Part shown: positions 37,623 to 47,872 of the stretch, in pieces
Layout of the letters: each line of letters begins with the position of its first letter
Position numbering within the stretch: the first letter of the stretch is position 1
Source of the DNA: Candidatus Latescibacterota bacterium
Lineage (GTDB): Bacteria; Latescibacterota; UBA2968; UBA8231
Reading direction: 5' to 3'
DNA: 64,000 nt
Assembly (NCBI GenBank): GCA_965203355.1
Contig: OZ241889.1
Location: 1,408,001 to 1,472,000, forward strand
Translations under genes and position numbers: made by a program
The notes under the pieces: model-generated
What the model was told of the DNA's origin: nothing
What the model saw: only the letters and a program-made list of their open reading frames with translations
The model's database searches: none

Positions 37623-39002
37623 TCAGGCTCTAATCGGGAATTCGCTTAGCGGAGCGCACTCTATCGGTTGGTGCTGGTTTGGTGCGTCCAAGGCCGCCAA
37701 CCGCTCGGCCAGGTCCGTAGGGGCCGCGAATATCATGGGCCGGCCCTTTTTGACCATTTCAAGGACGCCGCGCTCTGAGAGGTCCAAAAAATCGGTTCGC
37801 GCTGTCTGATAGGCGACGGCATGGCTGCGTTGGTGGCCGGCGATGGTATAACGTTGCCTTGGATTGCTCAGGGCGTGGCGGATGAGTGCGATCTGCCGGT
37901 GATTGAACAGCGCGAGTGCTTGAATGTCCTGCTCTGCTTGGCGCAGTTGGGTCGCTTTTCGCTCGATATAGCGGTGTAACTCGCCGATGGCCTGAGAGAT
38001 TACCTCAGTCTGAGCAACCAAAAAGTAGGTCAGGTCGTTGTCGTCTGTCTCGGTGTACAAAAATGAACGGCCATATTGCACCGGTGCCTTTCGCAAAATG
38101 GTCGAAATCGAAATAAAATCGAAAATCCAATAGCCGCTCCGCAGCATGGACCAGTAGAAAAGTGCCCTTGCGGTCCGCCCATTGCCATCGACAAATGGAT
38201 GATCGTAAGACAACCAGAAGTGCAAAATTATGGCGCGCACAACCGGATGAATGAAGTGGGTTGGCGTTTCGCCATTGGCAAAAGCACACATGGCGTTCAT
38301 CCGGTCGGCTAGTTCACTAGCGTGTGGCGGGTCGTGAAAGACTTGGCCGAAATCATCGCTGACGACGCAGTGCTCATCGAGCCTGCGGAAGCGACCTGTC
38401 GCGGTTGGATCCGCTAGGGTATCGGCGGTGATTAGACGGTGGATATCCAAGACTAGTTCCGGCGAGAGGGCCGAGGATTTTTCCCGGATGCGCTGCATGG
38501 TCAGATAGTTGTTCAAGATCATCTGCTCGTTTGTATCGCACGGGCGGCGGCCGGTGCGGAGCATATTTTTAGCGGCCTCACGCGTAGTTGCTGCGCCTTC
38601 GAGTTGACTAGAGGTAATGGCTTCCTCCATCAGCGAGCGCACCAAATAGCGGTCGCGGGTTTGAGGATTGACAATGGGTTCCGGTACGCTCACTAGCCCG
38701 CCCGTACCCAAATCAATCTTGTGTAACCCCTGCAAGACCCTCTCTGGCACGGCAAACTGGAACGGCTTTCCTTCTTTGTCTTTGAGGTCAATCGGTTGTA
38801 GTGCGTTGGTACGGGCGAATTTCAATGTCAGCCACCATTCGCGGTGGGAAAGGCCCTCGGGTGGTGGGCGATGCCGGATTTCATCCCAATGCAGGTAGTG
38901 TTCCGCGCCAGTTCGCATATGGCTGGCAAGCTGCATTAGCCGACCCGGCGCGACTTCGGCTATCAGGTCTGCGAACTTGGGAGGGGACTGAGGGAGATTC
39001 AT
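37623..39002 (-). CDS. Fic family protein with C-terminal winged HTH
   Basis: EEAITSSQLEGA, HPFVDGNGRTAR, C-terminal NHRQ...YQTARTDFLDL. Confidence 0.92.
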   Translation of the reverse strand: MNLPQSPPKFADLIAEVAPGRLMQLASHMRTGAEHYLHWDEIRHRPPPEGLSHREWWLTLKFARTNALQPIDLKDKEGKPFQFAVPERVLQGLHKIDLGTGGLVSVPEPIVNPQTRDRYLVRSLMEEAITSSQLEGAATTREAAKNMLRTGRRPCDTNEQMILNNYLTMQRIREKSSALSPELVLDIHRLITADTLADPTATGRFRRLDEHCVVSDDFGQVFHDPPHASELADRMNAMCAFANGETPTHFIHPVVRAIILHFWLSYDHPFVDGNGRTARALFYWSMLRSGYWIFDFISISTILRKAPVQYGRSFLYTETDDNDLTYFLVAQTEVISQAIGELHRYIERKATQLRQAEQDIQALALFNHRQIALIRHALSNPRQRYTIAGHQRSHAVAYQTARTDFLDLSERGVLEMVKKGRPMIFAAPTDLAERLAALDAPNQHQPIECAPLSEFPIRA

Positions 39003-39013
39003 AGAAATTAAGA

Positions 39014-39104
39014 TAATGTCAATGAATTACTAACTAATACTAAATTAGTAATTGACAGAAACTAATGTCAATGAATTACTAATTAATACTAAATTAGTAA
39101 TTGA
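39014..39104. repeat. AT-rich 42-bp tandem duplication, each unit palindromic
   Basis: TAATGTCAATGAATTACTAA(C/T)TAATACTAAATTAGTAATTGA at 39014-39055 and 39063-39104; arms AATTACTAA/TTAGTAATT. Confidence 0.92.
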
Positions 39105-39196
39105 AGGCCCCAACCTACTTTTGCAGGTCGCTGCCACAGCCCCTATAATTGGGCCGTGTGCAAAAAAACAAAACACCGCTAAACAGGATCAATGTG

Positions 39197-39667
39197 ATGC
39201 AAAAGCTCCTCGTGGCCTTGGCGGCCCTTGCGCTGGTAGCCTGTGGCCGAGAGCCCCCTGCTGCGGACCTCATTCCCGCCCGCATTGTCGATGTGCGCGA
39301 CTTTGGTGCCGATGGGGTGGCTGTCGTGCTCAAAGGCGACGAAGTGCCGCCGTTGCCCATCGTCATCGGCCACTGCGAGGCGCGGGCGTTAGTCAGGGCC
39401 ATGCAGGACGAGGACTTCCCGCGCCCACTGGCGTACGATTTGTTGGAAGCGATGCTGGAGAAGCTGCAAGGCGAGGTGCGGCATCTCGTCGTCCACAGCA
39501 TTGAGGACGACACCTTTCACGCCAATTTGCACATTGAAACCGAGGCTGGCGAGTGGGTGCTCGATTGTCGGCCCAGCGACGGCATGGTGCTGGCGACGCG
39601 CCTCGGGGTGCCCATCTACCTGCGGCCGCAGCTTTTTGAACCCAAAGACCTAAGCCCACAGATATAA
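39197..39667 (+). CDS. Bifunctional nuclease (DUF151) family protein with lipoprotein signal
   Basis: LPIVIGHCEA, PRPLAYDLL, FHANL, LDCRPSDGMVLA; N-terminal MQKLLVALAALALVAC. Confidence 0.85.
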   Translation: MQKLLVALAALALVACGREPPAADLIPARIVDVRDFGADGVAVVLKGDEVPPLPIVIGHCEARALVRAMQDEDFPRPLAYDLLEAMLEKLQGEVRHLVVHSIEDDTFHANLHIETEAGEWVLDCRPSDGMVLATRLGVPIYLRPQLFEPKDLSPQI

Positions 39668-39686
39668 CCATCGCAAGGAGCGTGCC

Positions 39687-40697
39687 GTGGCCTATCGCGT
39701 TGGCCTCGTGGGGACGGGTGGTATCGCCCGCGCTCACGGCACGGCCTGCCAGCAGATTGCCGAAGCCGAACTCGTCGCCATTTGCGACGTTTCTGCTGAG
39801 CAGCTAGCGCGCTGCGGCGAGGAATTTGGCGTTGCAGCGCGCTATACCGAACTCGACGTCATGCTCCGCGAGGCCGAGCTGGACATTGCCATCATCTGCA
39901 CTTGGGGTGCTTTTCACGCGGAGACCGGGATTAAGATCTGCGATTCCGGGCGGGTAAAAGCCGTGCTCTGCGAAAAGCCCTTCACCCAAAATGCGGATGA
40001 AGCAGCGGCCTTTGTCGCGGCTGGCAGGAAGAGCCGCGTCCTCGTGGCCGAGGCGTTTAAGTTTCGCCATCATCCCATGCACTTGCGGGCCAAGGCCATG
40101 CTCGACGCCGGCGCAATCGGCGACTTGGTCGGCGTGCGGAGCGCGTTTTGCACCAGTTCGGGAGGCGTGCTCCGCGAGCGTACACCTGAGTCGAATTGGC
40201 GCTTCAACAAGGCCAAAGGCGGCGGTAGCCTCTACGACTTGGCCTGTTACAACATTCACCATGCGCGGTTTGTGTTTGGCGGGGAGCCGGAGCGGGTGTT
40301 TGCCGCACAGCAGTTGGGCTTGGAGACCGACGATGCCGCGTCGATTGTGCTGGTCTTTGCCGGGGGCCGCACCGCGCAGATTTCCGTGGGTTTTAATACG
40401 TTCAGCGCGCAGTACGCCGAGATTGCCGGGCATCGCGGGATGCTGCGGCTAGATCCGGTGTGGAACAACGAGAATAGGGCCGCGACCATCGAGCATCGCA
40501 TGCCGAGCGGAGTGGAGGTCGTCGAATTTCCGCCGTGCTTTCAGTTTGCATTGCAGTTGCAGCACTTGTGCGAATGCTTGGCCGAGGGGCGGGAGCACCG
40601 GATCTCGCCGGAGCACAGCGTCGCGCAGATGCGGGTGCTGGACGCGGTGAAGGAGTCTATGGAGACCGGGCGGGCGGTGGAATTGTCCAATGGCTAG
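39687..40697 (+). CDS. Gfo/Idh/MocA family oxidoreductase
   Basis: GLVGTGGIA, LCEKP, EAFKFRHHP, GGGSLYDLACY. Confidence 0.92.
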   Translation: MAYRVGLVGTGGIARAHGTACQQIAEAELVAICDVSAEQLARCGEEFGVAARYTELDVMLREAELDIAIICTWGAFHAETGIKICDSGRVKAVLCEKPFTQNADEAAAFVAAGRKSRVLVAEAFKFRHHPMHLRAKAMLDAGAIGDLVGVRSAFCTSSGGVLRERTPESNWRFNKAKGGGSLYDLACYNIHHARFVFGGEPERVFAAQQLGLETDDAASIVLVFAGGRTAQISVGFNTFSAQYAEIAGHRGMLRLDPVWNNENRAATIEHRMPSGVEVVEFPPCFQFALQLQHLCECLAEGREHRISPEHSVAQMRVLDAVKESMETGRAVELSNG

Positions 40698-40800
40698 CGA
40701 GTGGCGGGTACGCGGACCGAAGTAAAAGGGGCTTGGCCGATTGGATTTGTGGGGAGGGCCGCGCCCGGCAAATCCGCTCGACGACTGGAAATAGCCGGCC

Positions 40801-41229
40801 TCAATCCCCGTTACGTGCGTACCAGTGGCGCTGCATTTCGAGGTAGGTGAAGGACGCCGACCACGCAATCAGCCCCAGCCCGAGCAGCGATTCAATACCC
40901 GCCAACAGCCGCGCCGGTCCCAACGGCGCGATGTCGCCGTACCCCAGCGAGGTGTACGTGACCAGCGAGAAATACAAGATGTCGAGCGGCCCGGATACCG
41001 CGCCAGAGAGGGCGGCCATGTCGGTGGCCAGTAGGTAGTACCAGCCGACGGCAAACAGCACGACCTCGACGAAGTGGGCGCAGAGAGAGAGGAACACGGC
41101 GAACAACACTCGAATGCGCGGGGAAACCGGCAGCTTTCCCAGCCAGCGCGAGCCAAAGGCAAGGGCCTCGTAGTGGACGCCGATGGTGATCAGAATGAGT
41201 GCGATTGAAACAGGTAGGATGGTCGCCAT
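40801..41229 (-). CDS. Small potassium channel family protein (Ion_trans_2)
   Basis: YFSLVTYTSLGYGDIAP selectivity-filter motif with flanking TM helices. Confidence 0.85.
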   Translation of the reverse strand: MATILPVSIALILITIGVHYEALAFGSRWLGKLPVSPRIRVLFAVFLSLCAHFVEVVLFAVGWYYLLATDMAALSGAVSGPLDILYFSLVTYTSLGYGDIAPLGPARLLAGIESLLGLGLIAWSASFTYLEMQRHWYARNGD

Positions 41230-41234
41230 CGCAA

Positions 41235-42659
41235 CTAGGGTTTGCCCTCGACCAACCACTCTACCGCCGCTACCTGACCTTGGCGGGCGTAGTCGGCCGC
41301 TTCGCCGAGAATGCGGGCGGCCTCCTGCGGAGCGTGAAAGCCCATGGAATTTTCTGCGGCCACGAAATCGAGCCGCCACTGCGCCTTGCGCTGCAAGGAC
41401 CGGGCCGCTGCTAGGTCGTCGTCTTTGGCGCCGGCCGCGCGCGCGGCCGCTATGGCGTCGAGTTGGTCCATGAGCGCGGCACCGGCTCGTTGCAGGAGGT
41501 CGAAGTTGCGCTGCTGAATCGCGCTGGCCCGGGCGGCGAGTTCGGCCTCGGAAAAAGAGTGGCAGACCTGACAGGCGCGGTTGATGTTCAGCAGTGGGCT
41601 GCGCACCCAGTGATCGGAGATTTTGGCGGCTCCGTCGCGCATATAGGGCATGTGGCAGTCGGCGCAGGAGACGCCGCTGCGCGCGTGGATGCCTTGGCTC
41701 CAGAGTTCAAATTCCGGGTGTTGCGCCTTGAGGACTTTCGCGCCGGTTTCTTGGTGGACGTAGTCGTAAAACGCGCGGCCGTCGTCTAAGGTCATGGCGT
41801 CCCAAAACGCTTCCATTTCCTCGGCTTTAAGCCCGTTGCCCCAAGGAAAAGTCAGTTTTGCTCCGCTGCCGCAGTAGTATTCGACGTGGCATTGGCCGCA
41901 AGTGAATGAGCGCATCTCGTTGCGGCTCGCGCTCTCGTTAGGGTCGTAGGGGCGGTCGCGGCTTCCCTGCCGCCAGCGTTCTAGCGATGGCAGGTGCGGT
42001 ACTGGGGCGTCGGACGCGGCCAACATTTGGATGCCTTGGATAAATCCGGGCCGGGTGACGCGCAACTGCATGGTCGCTGGGTCGTGGCAATCGACGCACG
42101 ATACCGGATGGGCGTGTCCGGCGTCGTGCAACATCTGGTTTAGCTCGCGATAGGAATAGGCGTAAGATTGCTCAAAGCCCGCGGTGGCGTCGCCATCGCC
42201 AAGCTGCCGGTAGAGCGGCATGATGGAGGCGTGGCAGTGCAGGCAGGAGCCGGACTGAGGCTTGGATTGCCGCTTGGTTTGCTCTTGGTCGTAGAGCATG
42301 TAGGCGTGGCCGCGCCGATCTCGGTAGTCGAGCGAGAACGCGTACCCGAGAAACATCCGCCGCAGCCAAGGGTCGCGTTCGATCCGCTGCTCGGGCAGGG
42401 CCTCACTGCCGCCGTGTCCGCCGAAGCGCGTGCGAGTCGCCTCGGCCGTGCGCTTATAGCTGTCGTATTGTCGCGGCCAATTAATGCCCCAGTGAGCGGG
42501 GTCCGTGTCGTCCTCCCCCACTTCTACTAGGAGCACTGGGCCGCGCCGCCCTTCGGACTTGCGTTCGTATATGTTGACCAACAGCCCGGTGATGAGTGCG
42601 CTGGCGAGGGCCACTAAGGTCAAAAGGCCGATGACTTTATAAGGCGTATGGCGAGACAT
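41235..42659 (-). CDS. nrfA: Ammonia-forming cytochrome c nitrite reductase, catalytic subunit
   Basis: RGHAY, five heme motifs ([32 protein letters not shown]), [17 protein letters not shown]. Confidence 0.93.
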   Translation of the reverse strand: MSRHTPYKVIGLLTLVALASALITGLLVNIYERKSEGRRGPVLLVEVGEDDTDPAHWGINWPRQYDSYKRTAEATRTRFGGHGGSEALPEQRIERDPWLRRMFLGYAFSLDYRDRRGHAYMLYDQEQTKRQSKPQSGSCLHCHASIMPLYRQLGDGDATAGFEQSYAYSYRELNQMLHDAGHAHPVSCVDCHDPATMQLRVTRPGFIQGIQMLAASDAPVPHLPSLERWRQGSRDRPYDPNESASRNEMRSFTCGQCHVEYYCGSGAKLTFPWGNGLKAEEMEAFWDAMTLDDGRAFYDYVHQETGAKVLKAQHPEFELWSQGIHARSGVSCADCHMPYMRDGAAKISDHWVRSPLLNINRACQVCHSFSEAELAARASAIQQRNFDLLQRAGAALMDQLDAIAAARAAGAKDDDLAAARSLQRKAQWRLDFVAAENSMGFHAPQEAARILGEAADYARQGQVAAVEWLVEGKP

Positions 42660-42662
42660 AAG

Positions 42663-43142
42663 CTACTCCTCATGCGCGGTCGCTGGGCCTCCCAAGCCCA
42701 CCCATTCCCCGTGCCCAACCGTGCGGTGGCAATGGACGCAGCGCACGGCTTCGGTATCGACGATTTGGTGGACGAAGGCCCGGTGGCAAGCGAGACAGTT
42801 TTGCTGTAGGATGCGGCTGTTTTTCTCTTTGATAAAGATCGGCTCGGGAAAGTTTTGGAAGGTAAAGGCCGTGGAGTGATTCCAGCCGTTTTCGGCCTTG
42901 GCCAGATACTTGCTAAAGAAGCTACGCGGCAGATGGCAATCGACGCAAGTGGCCGCGGCATGGTGACTGGATTTGCGATAGGAGTCTAGCTGGGGCTGCA
43001 TGATGTGGCAGTTGGCACACGCTGCCGGGTTCGCGCTGAAATAGGACAATCCCTCTCCGTAGTGGAAGGTAAAAGCTCCCACCCCGATTAGGGTGGCTAG
43101 GCACAACAGGCCGAGCCACAGGTAAGGGCTTGTTGAGCGCAT
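42663..43142 (-). CDS. nrfH: Cytochrome c nitrite reductase small (tetraheme) subunit
   Basis: N-terminal TM helix; CANCHIM, CVDCHLP, CLACH, CVHCH...VGH. Confidence 0.93.
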   Translation of the reverse strand: MRSTSPYLWLGLLCLATLIGVGAFTFHYGEGLSYFSANPAACANCHIMQPQLDSYRKSSHHAAATCVDCHLPRSFFSKYLAKAENGWNHSTAFTFQNFPEPIFIKEKNSRILQQNCLACHRAFVHQIVDTEAVRCVHCHRTVGHGEWVGLGGPATAHEE

Positions 43143-43252
43143 GGATGCCTTTTCTGTTGCCTAGTAGGTCGCTTGCCGAGTCGGTATCGTATCCAAAGAG
43201 GCATGGCCGCGACTCGGATTCCGTCTGAGTACACGACGACAACCTAAGCTGC

Positions 43253-43324
43253 GGTACAGCCCTGATTTAGGTTTATTTTGAATCGCTAAAATGGCATCTA
43301 AAACCTAAACAATAGGGCTGTACC
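43253..43324. repeat. 72-bp inverted-repeat element upstream of nrfH
   Basis: GGTACAGCCCT...AGGGCTGTACC outer arms and TTTAGGTTT...AAACCTAAA inner arms. Confidence 0.7.
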
Positions 43325-43451
43325 ACATTTATTCATACATACGCTAAAGAAAGCCCTTATGCAAGGGCCTCTATCTCGGCCCGCAACCAACGCATCCTGC
43401 GGCTCGCCAATCGAACCGACTTCCAACAGGTACTGGTGCTCTATGGCCAGC

Positions 43452-43793
43452 CTAAACGCGCCCGACCATACCAACCCATCTCAAAGCCGAGGATGGGTTC
43501 CAGACTATCGGTCCCGTAAACGTCCCGGTGGTACTGCTTGCTGGGCCTTGTCCCGCTGCGTTTACGGCTCGTACCTCAAAGGTGTATTTCTTCGATGGCG
43601 TGGCTTGATTGGGGAATCGGCGGTCCTCGGTCAATGAAATCGTCGTCCTTGTGTCTGCCACCGCCGTCCATCCGCTGCCGCCCGGACGATACTGATACTC
43701 GTAGCGAGTGAGCGGCCATCCTGATGACGAGGGGGCATCCCAAGTCAGTATCACTTGGAAGTAGATTTTCCGTAGGTCGGGGCGCGGGTACAA
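43452..43793 (-). pseudogene. Isolated fibronectin type III domain fragment
   Basis: VILTWDAP...TRYEYQYR...YTFEVRAVNAAGQGPAS; no signal peptide or credible start. Confidence 0.7.
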
Positions 43794-43809
43794 GCGTGGC
43801 CGAAAGATT

Positions 43810-43938
43810 GTCTACCGCGCCTACAAGCCTTTCTTCGCCGGGCTGATCGCCGGGCAGCTTTTAGGGGCGGCACTGTGGATGGTGATTGACTTTTGCTTGG
43901 GCGAGGTGGGAAATGTGGTGTACGTGGGGGTGCGATGA
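43810..43938 (+). pseudogene. C-terminal remnant of a membrane protein (DUF6784-like)
   Basis: Hand translation VYRAYKPFFAGLIAGQLLGAALWMVIDFCLGEVGNVVYVGVR*; family assignment by recollection. Confidence 0.45.
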
Positions 43939-43949
43939 ACGGCCGCGAC

Positions 43950-44636
43950 TCAGAGGATTTGGATGCCCCATTCAGCACACCGCGCTTTCACACGCGCCGC
44001 CGGTTCTAAACTGATGAGGGCCCCTTCGACCGCTTTGTCGGGCTGCTCTCGCCGCACCAGTTCCACCTTGTCGGCGAATCGATCCACCTCCTCGACCTTG
44101 CAGGCGGCCGACTTCACCTCAAAGACCAGCAGCGAACCGTTATCGATCAGAATATCGACTTCGTAGGTTCGTCCGGCCGGCCCGACTACCCCCTCCTCAT
44201 CCGCTAGCTTCTGCCGCAGCCGTATGTTGTCGGCGGATAGGTCTTGCCGCTTCAGCCCAAAGCGCAAGGCCCCGGCCACCACGTCCTCCAACTTTCGGCC
44301 GGCCCGCCGCTGGAATCCCCCGACCGTCAGATCGAGTTTATCGGTTCTATCTTTTATTTCGGCCGTCTGCTGTTTCATCTGCTCAAGCTGCTCATCGACT
44401 TTTTCAAACCGCTCATCGACTTTTTCAAATCGCTCGTTGACCTCCGAGCGGAATTGACCCAATTCGCCGCGGAGGGCATGCAACTCCGCGAGCACGGCGG
44501 CTACTTCCTTTTTGGTGGCAAACGCTTCAATGAACGCCGTATAAGCGCGCTGCTCCAACGCCGGGTGCCGTTTGAGCAGGCCCGGCAATTGCTTTTCGAG
44601 CGTCTCCAATAATTCTTCATCCGTTAAAAGAGCCAT
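43950..44636 (-). CDS. Coiled-coil protein with C-terminal PD-(D/E)XK nuclease-like domain (DUF1626/DUF3782-like)
   Basis: Heptads NERFEKV-DERFEKV-DEQLEQM, then EVDILI...VFEVKS; RBS GAGGAGG. Confidence 0.75.
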   Translation of the reverse strand: MALLTDEELLETLEKQLPGLLKRHPALEQRAYTAFIEAFATKKEVAAVLAELHALRGELGQFRSEVNERFEKVDERFEKVDEQLEQMKQQTAEIKDRTDKLDLTVGGFQRRAGRKLEDVVAGALRFGLKRQDLSADNIRLRQKLADEEGVVGPAGRTYEVDILIDNGSLLVFEVKSAACKVEEVDRFADKVELVRREQPDKAVEGALISLEPAARVKARCAEWGIQIL

Positions 44637-45060
44637 GTTCTTCCTCCTCATAACAGTATTTACGAATAGCATATAACCCGTGCAAGAGTTTGACGCCCAT
44701 TATGTATCCACGATTGACGCATCCCGCGGATAGTTTCCATATATCTCAATATCCCACAGCAAAACCAATGCAAAGGAATACAACGCTTGTGAGTTGGGGA
44801 CGCGCGACGCGGCGTGGATGACCGCGCACGTCGCGCGCGAAGGGTGTGCGCTAAAAATCGAAGATGTGCGCGAGGCGACCGAGCCGGTGGGACCGGTCGC
44901 CGGCGATTGCATCAACAGCTATTTCGCCTTTCGAGGCCATAACGGTGGTGGCCGAGGCACCGCGGGTCGAGTGCTCGCTGACGACGAGCCGGGCGACCAG
45001 CGGCCGCTGGCTTATCAAAACTTATGGACCAATGCGCTGGATTAGGTATTGGATGGCGGG

Positions 45061-46347
45061 TTAGACGGCGGCCAGTTCTTTCATGGCTGCGACGAACGCA
45101 TCCAGTTCACAAAGCGTCGTGTATAGGTTCGGACAAATGCGAACCGCTCCGGGATAACCCGGCGGCACGGTGAAGATCTTGTATTTGTCGTACAGGGCGT
45201 TGGTAACGTCCGCGGGATCTTGCCCCTTGATGCCAACGGTGGAAATGGCACACGAGCGGTGGGCTTCGCGGGGCGTGTGGACGACGATGTTGGGCACGTC
45301 GATCAGGCGATCGACCCAGTAGTTTTTGATGTAGCGCAAGCGTGCTTCTTTGCGCTCCAAGCCGATGGTTTGGTTAAAGCGAATGGCCTCGGCCAAGGCC
45401 AGTTGCAAGTAGGCTGGATACGTGCCGATGTGAGCGAACTTGTGGATAGAGTCCGAGGCGTACCCAGCGTCGCCGAACAGCGGCCACACCTTTTCGATGT
45501 TTTCTTTTTGGATGTACAGGAGGCCCGTGCCTAGCGGAGCCAACATCCACTTGTGCAAGCTGGCTCCATAGTAATCGCAGTGTAGGTCGGGGATTTTGTC
45601 GGCCAGATGAGCAAAGGAGTGCGCGCCATCGACGATGACTTCTACCCCCTGCGCGTGCGCCATGTCGCAGATGGCGCGCACGGGCAGCACTTGGCCGGTT
45701 AAATAGACGATATGGGAGACGAGGATTACTTTGGTGCGCGGCGTAATGGCCTTTTGGTAGGCCGCGACGATCTCGTCGTTGTCCATAGAAGTGATGGGCA
45801 GGTCGAGGACCTTGTTGACGATGCCTTCGCGGGCGGCGCGCTGCTCAAACGCGACCTTCATGCTGCCGTATTCGTAGGTTCCCCACAAAGCCTCATCTCC
45901 GGGTTGCAGCTTCAGCCCCATAATGACGATGTTGAGCGATTCGGTCGTGTTGCGCGTCAGGAGGATTTCTTCGTCCGAGCAACCGGCAAAGTGCGCTAGC
46001 AGTTGATGCATCTCGCGGGTGTCGTCTGCTAGTTTGCGCCGCATGTAAAACGAGGGAGCCTCGTTGATGGTGCGGGCGTTTTTGCACACCTCATCGATCC
46101 CGGCTTCCGGCTGCGGACTGAAATATCCGTTCTCGAAGTTGATAAAATGGGGCGACAAATTAAACGCCCCGCGCACGCTGTACCAGAATTGTTCGTCCAA
46201 TGCACTGGCCTCGGGCGCGGCGTGGCCGAGGCGTTCAGTGGCCGCGTGGACCTTTTGCAGGCTGTCGGATGCCCAGATAGACGCAGCCGCTGCGCCGAGC
46301 GTGAGGTTGCCGGCCTTTCTAAAAAAATCCCTTCTCGAATCTACCAT
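45061..46347 (-). CDS. Tat-exported class V PLP aminotransferase (isopenicillin-N epimerase-like)
   Basis: SRRDFF Tat motif; TRNTTE, VDGAHSFAH, SLHKWM.AP.GTG. Confidence 0.88.
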   Translation of the reverse strand: MVDSRRDFFRKAGNLTLGAAAASIWASDSLQKVHAATERLGHAAPEASALDEQFWYSVRGAFNLSPHFINFENGYFSPQPEAGIDEVCKNARTINEAPSFYMRRKLADDTREMHQLLAHFAGCSDEEILLTRNTTESLNIVIMGLKLQPGDEALWGTYEYGSMKVAFEQRAAREGIVNKVLDLPITSMDNDEIVAAYQKAITPRTKVILVSHIVYLTGQVLPVRAICDMAHAQGVEVIVDGAHSFAHLADKIPDLHCDYYGASLHKWMLAPLGTGLLYIQKENIEKVWPLFGDAGYASDSIHKFAHIGTYPAYLQLALAEAIRFNQTIGLERKEARLRYIKNYWVDRLIDVPNIVVHTPREAHRSCAISTVGIKGQDPADVTNALYDKYKIFTVPPGYPGAVRICPNLYTTLCELDAFVAAMKELAAV

Positions 46348-46413
46348 TTCCGTTCTCTGCGTGTTGTGGTTGGTGGTTGGTGCTAGCCGGCCAAAAGTCG
46401 CGTGGCCGCATCT

Positions 46414-46698
46414 TCAGGGCTGAGGTGGGGGATGGAGCGGTTGAGGAAGGTGTGGAAGCCGCCAGCGGTGCAGCAAGCGCACGTGATAGACGATCTGGAA
46501 CCGCTGAAAGCGCTCCTTGATGGCCGGCAGCATGGCCAGCATGGCTAGCTGCTCCTCGTCGCTGAGATGATAGGCGTCGGGCATGGTAAAATGGTCGTCG
46601 AGATGGTGGCTGATTCCGCGACTCAGCCCCCATTGATGCACCTGATCGATGAGGGTGCTGACGCCTGAGTATTCGCAGCCGACGGCCATGACGCGCAT
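46414..46698 (-). pseudogene. Probably truncated protein with degenerate P-loop-like N-terminus
   Basis: RBS AAAGGA; MRVMAVGCEYSGVSTL; runs into a low-complexity Pro-rich tail after ~80 aa. Confidence 0.4.
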
Positions 46699-46849
46699 GA
46701 ATTATGTCCTTTGAAATGTCGCGAAGCGAGTGGAAACACTATACTGGCCTTACAATCCCCTGTCAAATTTATCGACGGAGAACGGGCATAGCAGGACGCA
46801 GCACCGTATATTGACGATTATTTTTTGGACTTTTTGGAAGGGAAATCCC

Positions 46850-47800
46850 ATGGCAGATTTGCAAGTAGCGGTCATTGGCTGCGGCGGCCACGCCCAGTCG
46901 CACTTCCGCATGATTGCCGCCGAGCCGCGCCTGCGCTTGGTGGGCATTGCCGAGCTAGACGAGGAGCGACGGCGCAAAAATCAGGCCGAATGGGGGCCGC
47001 AACGCGCTTTTGCCGACTATCGGGAGATGCTCGATGTCTGTCGGCCAGACGTAGTGCATGTGGTCACCATGCCCGGCCACTTGCTGCCCATTGTGATCGA
47101 TTGCTTGGAGCGCGGGCTGCACACCTCGGTGGAGAAAGCGCCGGGCATGACCGCGGCCGAGACCGCGCAAATGGCGCAGGCGGCCCAGCAGAGCCAAGGC
47201 AAGGCGCTGGTGTCTTTCAACCGACGTTACTTTCCCCAAGTGCTGGCCGTGCGGCAGCGCATCCAGGCGGCGGGCGGCGCGGTACATTGCGCTGCCACGT
47301 ACAATAAGCCGGTGACGCTGTTGGGGCCGGCGGCTCCTGATCCGGTGATATGCGACGCCATCCACCACGTCGATCTGCTGCGCTGGCTGGCTGGCCGGAG
47401 TGCCGAGGAAGCGGCTATTCCAGTGGAAGTGCAGGGGATGGTGCAAGATGGCGCGCGGCCCGGGTGCCATCGCCACAACGCTGTGGTGCGCTTTGATACG
47501 GGCACCTTTGGTGCCATGATGAGCCACTACGGCGTCGGCTACCGCATTCAGCGGGCCGAAGTACACGGCGAGGATTTGTCGGTCTATTTCGATATGACCC
47601 GAGGGCCGCAGGTGGAGGGCTATGACAAGGGCCGGGCCTTTACCGTCGAGGCCGATGCGGGCGGGGCCGGCTTCAACGAGGTCGTCCACTTTGTCGATTG
47701 CATTCTGGCCGATCGCACCCCTTGGTCGAACTTGGACGACGCCGTGCATACCATGCGCTTGTGCGAGGCCATTCGCCGGGGGCATCGGGGGGCGTTATAG
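46850..47800 (+). CDS. Gfo/Idh/MocA family oxidoreductase
   Basis: AVIGCGGHA, VEKAPG, SFNRRY, DAIHHVDL. Confidence 0.9.
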   Translation: MADLQVAVIGCGGHAQSHFRMIAAEPRLRLVGIAELDEERRRKNQAEWGPQRAFADYREMLDVCRPDVVHVVTMPGHLLPIVIDCLERGLHTSVEKAPGMTAAETAQMAQAAQQSQGKALVSFNRRYFPQVLAVRQRIQAAGGAVHCAATYNKPVTLLGPAAPDPVICDAIHHVDLLRWLAGRSAEEAAIPVEVQGMVQDGARPGCHRHNAVVRFDTGTFGAMMSHYGVGYRIQRAEVHGEDLSVYFDMTRGPQVEGYDKGRAFTVEADAGGAGFNEVVHFVDCILADRTPWSNLDDAVHTMRLCEAIRRGHRGAL

Positions 47801-47823
47801 GGCCTGACAATCGGGTGCCGAAG

Positions 47824-47857
47824 TGGACACGGCGATGGCTAAAAGGCATACTTAAAC
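47824..47857 (+). promoter_or_regulatory. Putative promoter TGGACA-17-CATACT of the TPR operon
   Basis: TGGACA CGGCGATGGCTAAAAGG CATACT TAAAC; near copy at 63926-63959. Confidence 0.55.
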
Positions 47858-47872
47858 GCTATTGAGACCTTA

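Noticed and set aside
39014-39104. Possible CRISPR mini-array or replication origin
   Set aside because: Only two copies with a 7-bp gap; no cas, rep or dnaA gene and no clear DnaA boxes.
44794-45045. 83-aa ORF
   Set aside because: No RBS or recognisable motif; at most a degraded fragment.
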